A DNA stretch of 64,000 nucleotides, taken from NCBI GenBank assembly GCA_964016885.1, contig OZ024740.1:356872001-356936000 (forward strand), written 5' to 3'. This document shows, one piece after another, positions 51,711-64,000 of the stretch. Source of the stretch: Eledone cirrhosa (lineage: Eukaryota). Every line of letters starts with the position of its first letter. Position 1 is the first letter of the stretch. The position numbers and the translations under genes are program-made. Under the pieces are notes generated by a model that searched no databases, was not told the origin of the DNA, and saw only the letters and a program-made list of their open reading frames with translations.

Positions 51711-53699
51711 ATTTTAATTTGCAAATTAAATTCTATTCTTTGTGAAAAGTCAAAAAATGTTGATATTTAATCTTTGCTTAACTTCTCAAATGTTAGATAA
51801 ACAATTGTTTTTTTTAATTATTCTCAATTTTTTATAAGATATTAATTGCTTGTCAGATTTCATTAATAAAATGTGGATTAAACTGTCTCGAATGTTTCTT
51901 TGCGTGTCCTTAAAAATTGCTGTAATACTTTTAGTCACACATTACACTGTACGACAAAAGATAAACTCTCGTTTGCCCGTCACTGCGGCCGTTTTCTTTC
52001 TTTTCTTTTTTTTGGGGGGAGGGGGGGTGTTATTTGGTATATATATTTTTTGGTTATATTTGGTATTACCATTATAACTTCATTTACAACACTCAAGGCT
52101 TTGTCAAAAACACTATTGCTTACACATATTATTTTCTTCTTAAATATCTGACTGTTGCACCATATCAAAAAGATGTTCTGTCCTTATTTGTGGGAAGCGT
52201 CAATATAGTGCTGTAAAATAAGATCGTGATGAGCCTAAATCAATATTTAGTTCCCAGAGATTAGTAAAAACCTTGTTCAACTTGGATTTGTAAAGACCTC
52301 GTGAGAAACATAAATATTACAACTTTCTACTCTAGAAATGACAAATTGTGTGTCAAATCAAACACTGCAAACAGAAGATTTGTTTCTTTCATATGACAAA
52401 AAGAACAAATGGGATATTATAATATCCACAACACTCTTCTAAAGAATATTAGTGGTATCAGTATACTGAATAGGTTCTCGCCGAAGATAAAAATTCTCTG
52501 GCGACATGAATACATCATCAAATAATTCTGAAAAAAAAACATTCTATATTGTGATATTTATCCTTTAAATATTTGGTTCTTTTGAAGATATAGAAGAGTC
52601 ATATTAGGATAACATAAAAGGGACAACTCAGTGAGAGATGTTTTCATGGAAATTGAAACTTGGCTAAGACCTTACCTTTTTCCCTTGTCAGTTCTCTAAA
52701 TGCTACAAATATCGATTCATTCTAACTAAATACAAACACTCTACATTTTAAAAGAGGTGGACTAAGGTATGAGAGGTCAATTTTATAGTTTAACGCAATG
52801 TTAGCTCTGATAAGATATACCTATGGTCAAAGATATTTCCGCTGTGATCATTATGTCATTTTTCTTCAATCAAGAATATCTATGAGTATATATCCGGTAT
52901 TTCATTCTTTTGATTACCACAGAATGGTGCGATGAAAGGGATACTTTCCTTTCATTTTTAATATGTCGAACGTCCAAAACTAAATAATCATAATTTTCGG
53001 ATAGAATTGAAACCACGAGCACGATTGCTTTTGTTCTTTATCGATAACAATACAAATATTGATTTGCCATACATCAGAAGGAAAGACTTTTTTAGAGAAA
53101 AACATATAACTGACTGATTAAACTACGGGTCATTCTTAGTATATGTTTCATCATTACTTCTATTTAGTATATCATGATTATCTAGATTCATGATATTGGC
53201 CCATATGTGAATCTATTTTCGTAACTGTTTTTCTCTTTTCTAAAACTCCTTGTCGATTGATGAAAGTAGACATGTGCAGACTACGTTATGCTGGTGATAT
53301 CTAATAAGACCGAAACGTGTATGCCTAGAAGAAAATATCAGATTTTTCCCCTCAGTATGTAAATTAGTTTTCTGAAAGTAAGTAGTTTTCAATTAGTTGA
53401 AACTCACCTGATAGTTCGAAAACTGAGACTGAATTGAAATATATTCCAGACTCGATGAAGTCAATTTCAAACATAAATGTCGGTTAGATTCACATCTTTG
53501 TTAAATTCTTATACTTAATTTAATAGAAAATTTCGCATAAAACATAATCTGATAGCCTTCTATCTGATCATTGACATTTTATCAGTTTAAATTTTGTTCT
53601 CAAACAATTCTCAGTCTGCTGTGTTTTTCACGTGCTTTTGTGATTAGCGAAAAGTGTGAGGTCTACGTAAGGTATTCATTTGCATGTTAGGGATAATAT

Positions 53700-53915
53700 T
53701 GGTTTCTGATATAGGCACAAGTCCAACAATTTTGGGGGAGGGGAAAGTCGATTAAATAGACCCCAGTGCATGACTGGTACTTTATTTACCGACCCTACAA
53801 GAATGAAAACCAAAGCTAACCTCGACAAAATTTGAACTCAGATCGTAAAGGGCCGAACCTCTATGCCATGAAGCATGTTGTCCTACGCTCTACCGATACT
53901 GCCAATCCACCACTT
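53700..53915 (-). mobile_element. SINE family 1 with TSD ATGTTAGGGATAATATT
   Basis: TSD at 53684-53700 and 53917-53933. Confidence 0.9.
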
Positions 53916-54171
53916 TATGTTAGGGATAATATTGATATGATTATCTACACTCATTACACGAACCAACATCACCTACAGACACACCACGCATCCCTTTCTT
54001 GTAACCACACAAATAAACACTTGCACATCTTGCAGTCTTTTTTTATATATTTTGTTAAATTCTGTTTTTAATTATTTTGATTTTCATGTTTATTTTTATT
54101 TCTATTTTCCCGTCCTTTCATGTTCTTCCTATTAACTCTCCATCCTCACTCCCTCTAGAAGTTCTTCCCTA

Positions 54172-54206
54172 CTTTCCTGATGAAGGATGTATGTCCGAAA
54201 CGTCGT
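54172..54206 (+). ncRNA. Hammerhead-like core (stem I poorly paired)
   Basis: CTGATGA-AGGATG ta TGTCC-GAAA-CG-TC. Confidence 0.5.
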
Positions 54207-54361
54207 AACCTCCTCTACTCTCACCAAGCGTGAAGCTAGTAACACTATGTGTTATTGACTCCTGCTTTTGTTTGTTTTTCCTTTTGAACTATATATATGA
54301 TGATTATGTTTCTCAATAAAAAATCTCAATGAACCTTGGCCCAGAGCATCAATAATTTGAA

Positions 54362-54560
<199 letters not shown>

Positions 54561-54707
54561 TTTAACCACACTGGCAGCGCAATATATATATATGATAGTA
54601 AATATCTCATCTATGCTGTATGAGCGCCAATATCAGGTGTAAATTTCATAAAAAATATAAAAATGAAATAAACATTTTCATTTAACTTACCATTCATTTA
54701 TATATTA

Positions 54708-55347
54708 CTAGCAGTGGTACCCGGCGTTGCACGAGACAAGGTATTTTGGAACGCGGGCCGCCAACAGACCTAACGTGGAAAAACTGCATGCCTGGACAAT
54801 ATGTAATGAAAATAAACCGAATGCTCTGATGGCTGGATAATCTTTAAGATTTTCCTCGATGAAGCAGGAAAGATGCATGTTTTCACCTAATGCGGGCCCT
54901 AGGGGATCAAGAAAATGATTTTTTTTTATGTGCATAATATGCCTTGAAATTTCAGGAAAATCGGCTAGACGTAACGCCTCAAAAAAGCCCTAAAAAGCTG
55001 AAAAAATGAAGTGTTTACCGAATGCGGTCCCTAGGCCATAAAAAAGTTGGATTTTCTTTGCTCACGGTATGAAGAAGAGACTGACTAATACATAGTTACA
55101 ATTTCAAGGAAATCGGTCTGACGTAACGCCTAAAAATAAACCTAAAAAACTGAAAAAACACAGTTTGTCACCTAATACGGGCATCAATAAGGTATCAAAA
55201 AGTTTAATTTTTTATGTGCATAACACTCCCTGAAACATATGTAATACACATGTAAAGTTTGAAAAAAATAGGTTGGGTGCTTCTCAATTTTCAGGGATTC
55301 AAACTCACAGACACACACACAGACATCCTCAGTTTTACATATAGAGA
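54708..55347 (-). mobile_element. Non-autonomous Helitron (longer copy of 8430-8923)
   Basis: CTAG 3' end with CAGTGGTACCCGGCGTTGCAC, 5' end TCTCTATATGTAAAACTGAG and an A|T junction. Confidence 0.85.
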
Positions 55348-56080
55348 TTTATTGTATCTTAGAATAAAAGAAAAATATCCAATATTGAATATATAAAGTG
55401 TATTATTAACATGCTCATATAATAGAAAACTGAAAATCATACAATCTTTCAATGTTTCAATAAAACCTGATCATACTTATCATGAACGCCCTAAATCAAT
55501 AAATTAATAAAACATGGTTGAAGGATAAGGCAACAACCATTTATAGGGAATGTGGTCCAATTCAGAAAACTTCTGTTGCAACCAAACAACATATATCAAA
55601 TAAAAATTGCTATGTAACAGTGGCTATCAAACATTTGTTACATTGAGATAATCCATTCGAGACATTTCCTGAAAATGTATTGTGGTTACCGAATATACTA
55701 TTTCATTTAACCTGGTGATATTGACATTCATGTTTTTATTAAGTATGTGATGACCAGGTTCGCGTATTTCATCGTTGTTGGTATCTTATCTTTGAGATTC
55801 ATCTTTGGAAATTGCTTTTGTTGGTCTAAAAGAAGATAGCGGCTTCTCCGTCTTGCGTTGGTGGATTACCTTTATTTGTTTTATTTGTATTTGTTCTAGT
55901 TTTTATCATGTTATAATATATAGAATTACGTTTGGCTACCCAGCACCCATCTCTTTCTCTCTCTCGCACACGCATTCACATGCATACATATATATACGTA
56001 CATATACATGTGTGTGTATGCGTCTGTGTATATATATATATATGTGTGTGTGTATGTGTGTGTGTGTGTTTGTTTGTGTG

Positions 56081-56147
<67 letters not shown>

Positions 56148-56200
56148 CGGCGATAAATTAGTTTTGCGAGGTTTTTGATATGAAATCATTTGTCGAAACA

Positions 56201-56787
56201 AATATTGTTATACCTGGGGATGGTCATATTTGTGTAATAATATTGCCAGAATTAATAACAGAACACACTCACTGTTTGGTTGGTTTTCGCTTCTGTGTCT
56301 TTTATATCGGTTAATTTAATTTATTCGGTCCTCAATGTTACCATTGACTGACCAACGGTAAAAAATACAGATACAATATAGACACAAACACAAATATATA
56401 GTCTAACAAAGTTCTTTCGTTGCACATCTGCAACATCGTCAGTGGTGCTATTATGTTTCCTCCCGTTGTATTGTATGCCTATGCCATCTTTATTTTTATT
56501 TATTTAAAGATGGCGTAGGCATACAATACAACCGGAGGAAACATAATAGCACCACTGACGATGTTGCAGATGTGCAACGAAAGAACTTTGTTAGACTATA
56601 TATATGTGTTTGTGTCTATATTGTATCTGTATTGTTGACCGTTGGTCAGTCAATGGTAACATTGAGGACCGAATAAATTAAATTAACCGATATAAAAGAC
56701 ACAGAAGCGAAAACCAACCAAACAGTGAGCGTGTTCTGTTATTAATTCTGGCAATATTATTACACAAATATGACCCCCCCCCCAAGT

Positions 56788-56796
<9 letters not shown>
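56201..56796. mobile_element. Head-to-head palindrome of PLE family A terminal repeats (~290-bp arms) with hammerhead cores at ~56404-56445 (-) and ~56551-56592 (+)
   Basis: The arms are reverse complements around ~56497. Core CTGACGA-TGTTGCAGATGTGCAAC-GAAA. (TA)n lies outside both arms. Confidence 0.92.
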
Positions 56797-56825
<29 letters not shown>

Positions 56826-57997
56826 GTGTGTGTGTGTGTTTGTGTGTATTTATATATATATATATGTGTATGTATGTGTGTGTGCATGTGTGTTTGTGTG
56901 AATTTATATCTGTTAGATACGAAGTGACTAACAACAGAATGTTTTAGTCACTTTAGTGTTCTAACATATATGTGTAGATCGGCAATTTCTTTTTCAAGGT
57001 CTGGCCGTGACCGTGATGATTGCATGCCATTGGCTAATTTTCAACCAATCAGAGTAAGTGTTGCTCAAAAGCATCCGCCATGTTTTTTTGTTTGTTTTCC
57101 TAGTTCATTTATTTTTGTTAATTCGTCGTTATATGATTTTTTTTAATTTATATTAACTATTTTTAAAACAAATGTAATATATTGACGTTAGGGTTAGGGG
57201 TAGGCGGTCAATAGATAAGATAAAAGTCTATCGTAAAAGTTTGTACAAATATTTTTTAATTTATCGTTTGTACAAAACGATTCTAAATTTTTGTTTGTAA
57301 AAAATGTTTAAACACTTCAAAATAGCGTATATTCATGTTCTGTAATGTCCCATTTTTGTGCGCCCTTGTGCCAAATAAAGAAATATATATTTGTATTTTG
57401 TTCCTCTTTATATATTGCAATCGAGTATAGGCAGAGTTCCGATTGTAATACAAACTGCACTTTGTTTGTAAATATTTGTAAAAATAATTTTTCTAAAAAC
57501 ATTGTAAAAATTTGTGTCACACGCGTTTAAAAATCTTTGATATGTATATATATATATAAAATTAAGGTTGTCTGTCTGTCTCTCTACTAAAACGGTCGCC
57601 ACACATCTAAACTTATAGTTTAAGCTCCAGCGGAGAGATCGGTCAAAAAAAATTTCAAATCGAATGTGTAATATTTCAGTTAAAATGTATAAATACAGTT
57701 GAGAGACGAGTTATTTCCCTTTAATGTAACGTGAGCAGACGATAAATTATTGAAAAGGCGCAAATTTTCACTATTACACATTTGCATTATTGTCAGTATT
57801 AACTTGCCTTTCATTCTTACGAGGTCGATAAAATAAAGTACCAGTAATACACTGTCACTATAAGTAGATGCCCATTCACAAACAGTATTGAAAATATGTT
57901 CTTCGACAAATAAAAATGTTTTGTTCATACTATTTCGACTAGCGCTTGTTGTTCTACTCCACGCACGACCACCACACATTGGTGACCAGCTCAACAC

Positions 57998-58172
57998 AAG
58001 TATTGGTAGAGCGTCAGACACCATGCTTTGCAGCATTGTTATGGCCCTTTGCGTTCTAAGTTCAAATCCCGCCGAGGTTAACTTTGCCTTTCATCCTTAC
58101 CAGTTCGATAAAATAAAGTACCATTAATGGACTGCGGTAATGGCTTTGTGCCGAAAAATAGAAACACTATTA
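57998..58172 (+). mobile_element. SINE family 1 (plus a core fragment at 57800-57856)
   Basis: B box GTTCAAATCCC, core and tail. Confidence 0.8.
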
Positions 58173-58826
58173 ATGTGCAATAAGAGCAAAAGCTCACGAC
58201 ATTGTCCAATTATTTTATCTAATTTTGCAACAATACAGGGAAATGTAGTTTGTGTATTTTTTTTAATATTTGCTCATAGGCTTTTCCAATTTCGCTCAGG
58301 CAACAACTATTAAAAAGAGAGTAGCTTAAGATAACAATTTAATCACAAATTGTTGTTATCTTTTAATACACTCCTAAAAGTCATCAAATTATGTGCAATA
58401 AGAACAAATCTCATTAATTTGCTCAGGGAATAAAGAAAGTTTACATAGACTGATAATTGCAATTGTATGTAAATATTTATTTTTATATTGTTTATTTATT
58501 TTATGTTTTCTATTGTGTATAATATATTGATTTAATATTGACTGTTTTTTGTTGTTGTTTATATTAAAAGTCTGAAAATATTTTTAGACATCTTACACTA
58601 ATATTTATAAGATCATTTATAATAACAATTATATAATCTAATTACATTACAACGATAATTTATTATTAATATATATCATGTTTAACTAGAGTTATTACAA
58701 GCGTTGCCTTTAAAAAAATATTAAACTAGACATGAAAAATGCGCAAGCTCAAAAGAGCCACAGAATGTTATAATAAACCTTCAAAAGTGTGGGACTAGAG
58801 TTGTTACTCAAAAATATTGTAATCAT

Positions 58827-58986
58827 TATCTATCGTACATTCTGTGGCATCCTTTATAAAAATAACGCAATAAATACATCTATGTTTAATGTAATAACAG
58901 CTATAAATAATTACGTAATATTATTAAACATAGATGTATTTATTGTGATATTTTTATAAAGGATGCCACACAATGTACGATAGATA
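58827..58986. repeat. Palindrome with ~66-bp arms
   Basis: TATCTATCGTACATT.TGTGGCATCCTTTATAAAAATA..CAATAAATACATCTATGTTTAAT is mirrored. Confidence 0.88.
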
Positions 58987-59189
58987 TACATACATCCGTG
59001 CGCATCTATAACATTCATTTCTGTAAATTGGTTTCTTCTTCTTCAGCGTTTTTATTATAAAATAATCAATTATTGGGATAGTATAGACATTTATGACGCA
59101 GTCAACATATGTTTACCTAAGTACAGAGCTACACGTATCTTTATCTAAAGAGCAAATCATAAAGTTAAAAATTACTCTAATATATACAT

Positions 59190-59512
59190 TTCTTCTTCTT
59201 CTTCTTCTTCTTCTTCTTCTTCTTCTTCTACTAATGATAATAATGGTTTCTTATATAGACACAAGGCCAGTGATTTGGGAGGAGGGAATGTCGATTAAAT
59301 CGACCCAGTACGTTGCTGGTGCTTTATTTATCGACCCCGTAAGGATGAAAGGCAAAGTTAACCTCGGCCGGATTTGAAATCAAACCATAAAGGCCGTAAC
59401 TCTATGCTGCAATGCATGGCGTCCGACCATCTACCGATACTGCCAATCCACTTCTTTTCTTCTGCTTCGCCCACATATTCCTGAAAGGGTCATGTGGGCA
59501 GAGTCCTCAAGC
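59190..59512 (-). mobile_element. SINE family 1 (59238-59450) inserted in the (GAA)n tail of an RTE 3' stub
   Basis: (TTC)n lies on both sides. 59452-59512 matches the RTE end at 15895-15940. Confidence 0.75.
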
Positions 59513-59831
59513 AGGATTGACGCGAGAAAGAAAAAGTGATATTCTACGTGAACTGGTTATTTATTTATATCCCTCTTAACTGCATCTTACTTCTCCCTCC
59601 CACTCCTCCAATAGAATGTTCAGTTTTTCGATATATCATTTTATAAAAAGACTAAGTTTTCTGTGTTTAGGTACTGGATTTCTTTATTTTGGTTCGTGGA
59701 ATATTCTGAGATGGATATTAATCTTAGTTTCAAAGTTTCTGGCTATTTGTTGGAAAATGGTGACCTTGTTTCAAGAAAAACAAATAAATTTTCGTTTATA
59801 TTTTTACATATATATATATATGTGTGTGTTT

Positions 59832-59924
<93 letters not shown>

Positions 59925-61814
59925 TGTGTGTGTGTGTGTGAGTGTGTGTGTGTGTGTGTGTGCCGATACAATAAAACTTAAACAGACACACACATACACA
60001 AGAACTAGCTGTTAAATATATAACAGATATATTTAAATCATCGTTTCTTTAAAATTAAGACCAGGATATTTCAAATAGTTTTTCATACAAAGTGTGTACT
60101 ATATACACCGTCAATGAGAGAATGATAAAGATACAGAATGCATTTTAACAAGTAGGTAAAAAGTATGAGAAATACAAATGAGAAAAAAGATGAGAAAGAA
60201 GGAGGCAACAAAATTAACAAGTTATTAATATTAAAAAAAGACAAGGATGTATGTATGGTTCTGTAACTCCTGATAGAGTCGTAGGGCCCGTGTTAACATA
60301 CGGCGTTTCTTAGCTATTTTAAGCCTGGCAGAACCCATCCCTCTCCGGGCCCAAATACAGCAGATTTCTTCCAGAAAAATCTAGAAAGATATGTAGAGGA
60401 AGAATCGACCCCACTACTAATCCAAAGGATGAAAGGCAAAGTTAACCTCGGCGGAATTTGAACTCTGTGAGCAGAGAGCCGGAACGAATTCTATCCGACA
60501 TTCTAACGACTCTGCCAATTCGTCGCCTTATGGACAAGGATACAAATTACAAATAGAAGAAACAGAAAAAAAACAGTGTAATATAAGTTATATATTAGAA
60601 AGTCACGGAGATTGTCATATGGAAACTGGGAGGTAATACACGCAGAAAGTAGGATGCAATTGGAAAGGACAGAAAAGGAAGATTTGGCAACGATAAAGAA
60701 GGATAGTAAGTAGAAAATAATAGAGAGAAATGAATAGGGTTTACCAGTAGGGAGAACACACATACATGGGAGAGATGGGGGAGAGAAAGGGGTATGGGTA
60801 AAAAGGTAATTGAGGAGAAAGTTAAGGTAAATTGCATGAAGCAAAAGAAGATAACAACATGAGAAGGTGTCCGTAAGCAACGCGGTGCGTAAAATGCAAG
60901 GAGATAAATAAAATAGCGAAGTAGGTTGATGACACATAATGTCAAGGAGTGACAGCACAGCTATTAAGATATTCAGAGAAGCTAGAAGAATGCTCATAGA
61001 GAGTATTTTGGTAAAACCTTTTAAATAATTGAAATAATTTAGAGTTGTTTGGAATAATTAAATTAATTGAAATAGAATTTAAGATCTAAACCTAGTTGAT
61101 TCAATGTGATATTTTTAAACTACTTAAGGGTGATTTCTTTCAGTTAGCCTGTGCAGAACAGAGGTTGTTATCATTGACTCTTAAAATTTATTATTGTTAT
61201 CTTTTTAATTATTTGCTCATGTTTTGATACAACGTTTAGTCAATTTATTATTTCTGTACCTATTTAAAAAACGTTCTTGTATAGTATCTTGAGGCAAAAG
61301 CAGCCAGAATCTTAGAGAATCGGTTTATCCCCATTTTTTACAATGCTTCGGAGTAATATCGATATTTCAGAACAACACGCACCTCATATTTTAGTCAAAA
61401 TATATTGAGGTGTCCCTCACCACCAATCCATACGCTGAATGGGACAGCCAACCTTTTCATTCGCAAGAAAGGTAACTTTATTTGCAAATTATAACGTCAT
61501 CTACCTACTTCGTTGACTGTCAGCCAGACCACGCTCCCCACCACTAATAATATGACTACCAATACTACAACAACAGTAGATGACAATGTCAAGAAAAGAA
61601 CAACAACACAAATAAAATTACTATCATAGGCATGGCAGCAGCAAAAAAGGAACTTTTCTCGTTACCTTCAGAAATAAATATACGAACTTAACAAGTAAAA
61701 CAAAATGATTAATAAAGAAGGGAGAAGGATTACATTAACTATACCACAAAACGGAAATAACAGAAGTTGTCAAAACAATTTTATATCACTGTGTGCCGGT
61801 CTCTATGTTCGGGT

Positions 61815-62666
<852 letters not shown>

Positions 62667-62943
62667 GTAAAGGATTACCCAAGATGTAGTAATGGTTAAT
62701 TACTACACTGGATATGGTTGACGTACGGTGAGAGGTTACTCTACGAGTTATGGAAGAATTGTTGAAGAAACTTAGTTCCTGATCCTTCTGTATTCCGGAG
62801 TGTATATAAAGAATGAATATATATATATAACAAAGGTGTGGTAAGATACCAGGTGGACCATAACGCACCAGAATGTTCGATACTTAGGGTAGTAGAGTGG
62901 GTAATAGCTTTTTTTAAACGTATCTTTTGCTTGCAATGCTTAC

Positions 62944-63054
<111 letters not shown>

Positions 63055-63789
63055 TGTATGTGTGTATATATATATTTATGTCAGGTCACCAGTTGGTGCT
63101 ACTGGTAACATGTATCCCAGTACAACCTGTCTCATGGTCGGGTCGTTGGCGACTAAACTGGCAACCCCACCAAGGTTTCTTGGTGAGGAGGGTGACTTTA
63201 GACATCCTGCAGGACTAAAAACAAAACCTGTCAAAGGGCAAAGGAGCTCTTAAGAGTCAATGGCCATCCAAAATCACCAGGAGAGATGACCCCTTAGCCT
63301 TTGTCAAGGCAGAATTCTAGGGGAAGGAAAACTCTGATATAACACCTGCAACCCTGATGGTATCCAATGATGTTGACTTGTTCTTCTTTTTGGTAAATAT
63401 CATCTTGGTTAAGAGAGTGGGACTGGCTTTGTGCAGTGCCTTTGCTCACTATAAAAGCTTCACGGCACAGGCATTGCTTTATCTCTGGAGATCTCTCTGC
63501 ACTTGTCCTCACATGGTACCATGGGCCCAGCACTATGTGTCAATAATTGTCACAAGTGTAGTGTTTGTACCAGAGTTTTCAAGTCACTGGCTGGACTAAA
63601 AAGTCACACTCGTTCAGCGCTTCGGTAGGGGTTCTCCTACATGGATATAAAGTAGTGGCCGTACTCGAAAACGAGTTGGCAGCCACCATATATATATTAA
63701 AGGAACGATCGACTTTCGTCAAATCGGACCGAGGAAACAATGTTTCCGTTGGTCTTTCCAATTGCTAATACTATCTATCGGTCGCAACT

Positions 63790-63910
63790 CCAGGTAGAAG
63801 GAGCAAAGTGAAATAAAGTGTCTTGCTCAAGGACATAACGCATCGCCCGGTCCAGGAATTGAACTCACAACCTCACAATTGCGAATCCAATTCTCTAACC
63901 ACTCCGCCAC
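63790..63910 (-). mobile_element. tRNA-derived SINE head of a third family
   Basis: Reverse complement reads GTGGCGGAGTGGTTAGAG...GTGAGTTCAATTCCTGG...GTCCTTGAGCAAGACACTT. Confidence 0.75.
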
Positions 63911-63927
63911 AAAGAGAATGAGTGTGT

Positions 63928-63996
<69 letters not shown>

Positions 63997-64000
63997 ACTT

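Noticed and set aside
53300-53330. Hammerhead (CTGGTGA...CGAAACGTGTA)
   Set aside because: The core is mutated and stems I and II do not pair convincingly.
57187-57204. Interstitial telomere (TTAGGG)
   Set aside because: Only two units, embedded in an AT-rich repeat.

Overview
This window is AT-rich, repeat-dominated eukaryotic DNA. The SINE repertoire and the (TA)n/(GT)n load suggest an octopus or other cephalopod intron or intergenic region (inference). I found no recognisable host protein-coding exon; most ORFs in the track are microsatellite or low-complexity artefacts. Mobile elements present: about 25 tRNA-derived SINEs; degenerate non-LTR fragments (CRE-type, RTE, R4/Dong-like, CR1-like); a 5'-truncated Tx1/L1-like LINE with a target-site duplication (TSD); a decayed Gypsy element; two non-autonomous Helitrons; hAT-like termini; and many Penelope-like element (PLE) pieces, including a near-complete RT + GIY-YIG copy with an inverted 3' duplication. 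Three observations stand out. (1) About 18 minimal type I hammerhead ribozyme motifs (CTGAnGA...GAAA...TH, often with a palindromic stem III) of several sequence families occur on both strands, mostly inside fold-back palindromes anchored in (TA)n. (2) A SINE and a LINE share similar 3' tails and ATT-type targets, and they occupy the same site in two copies of one host element. (3) A possible ~20-kb hAT-bounded composite spans 29160-49055. All alignments and folds were done by eye, so coordinates are approximate to a few bases.
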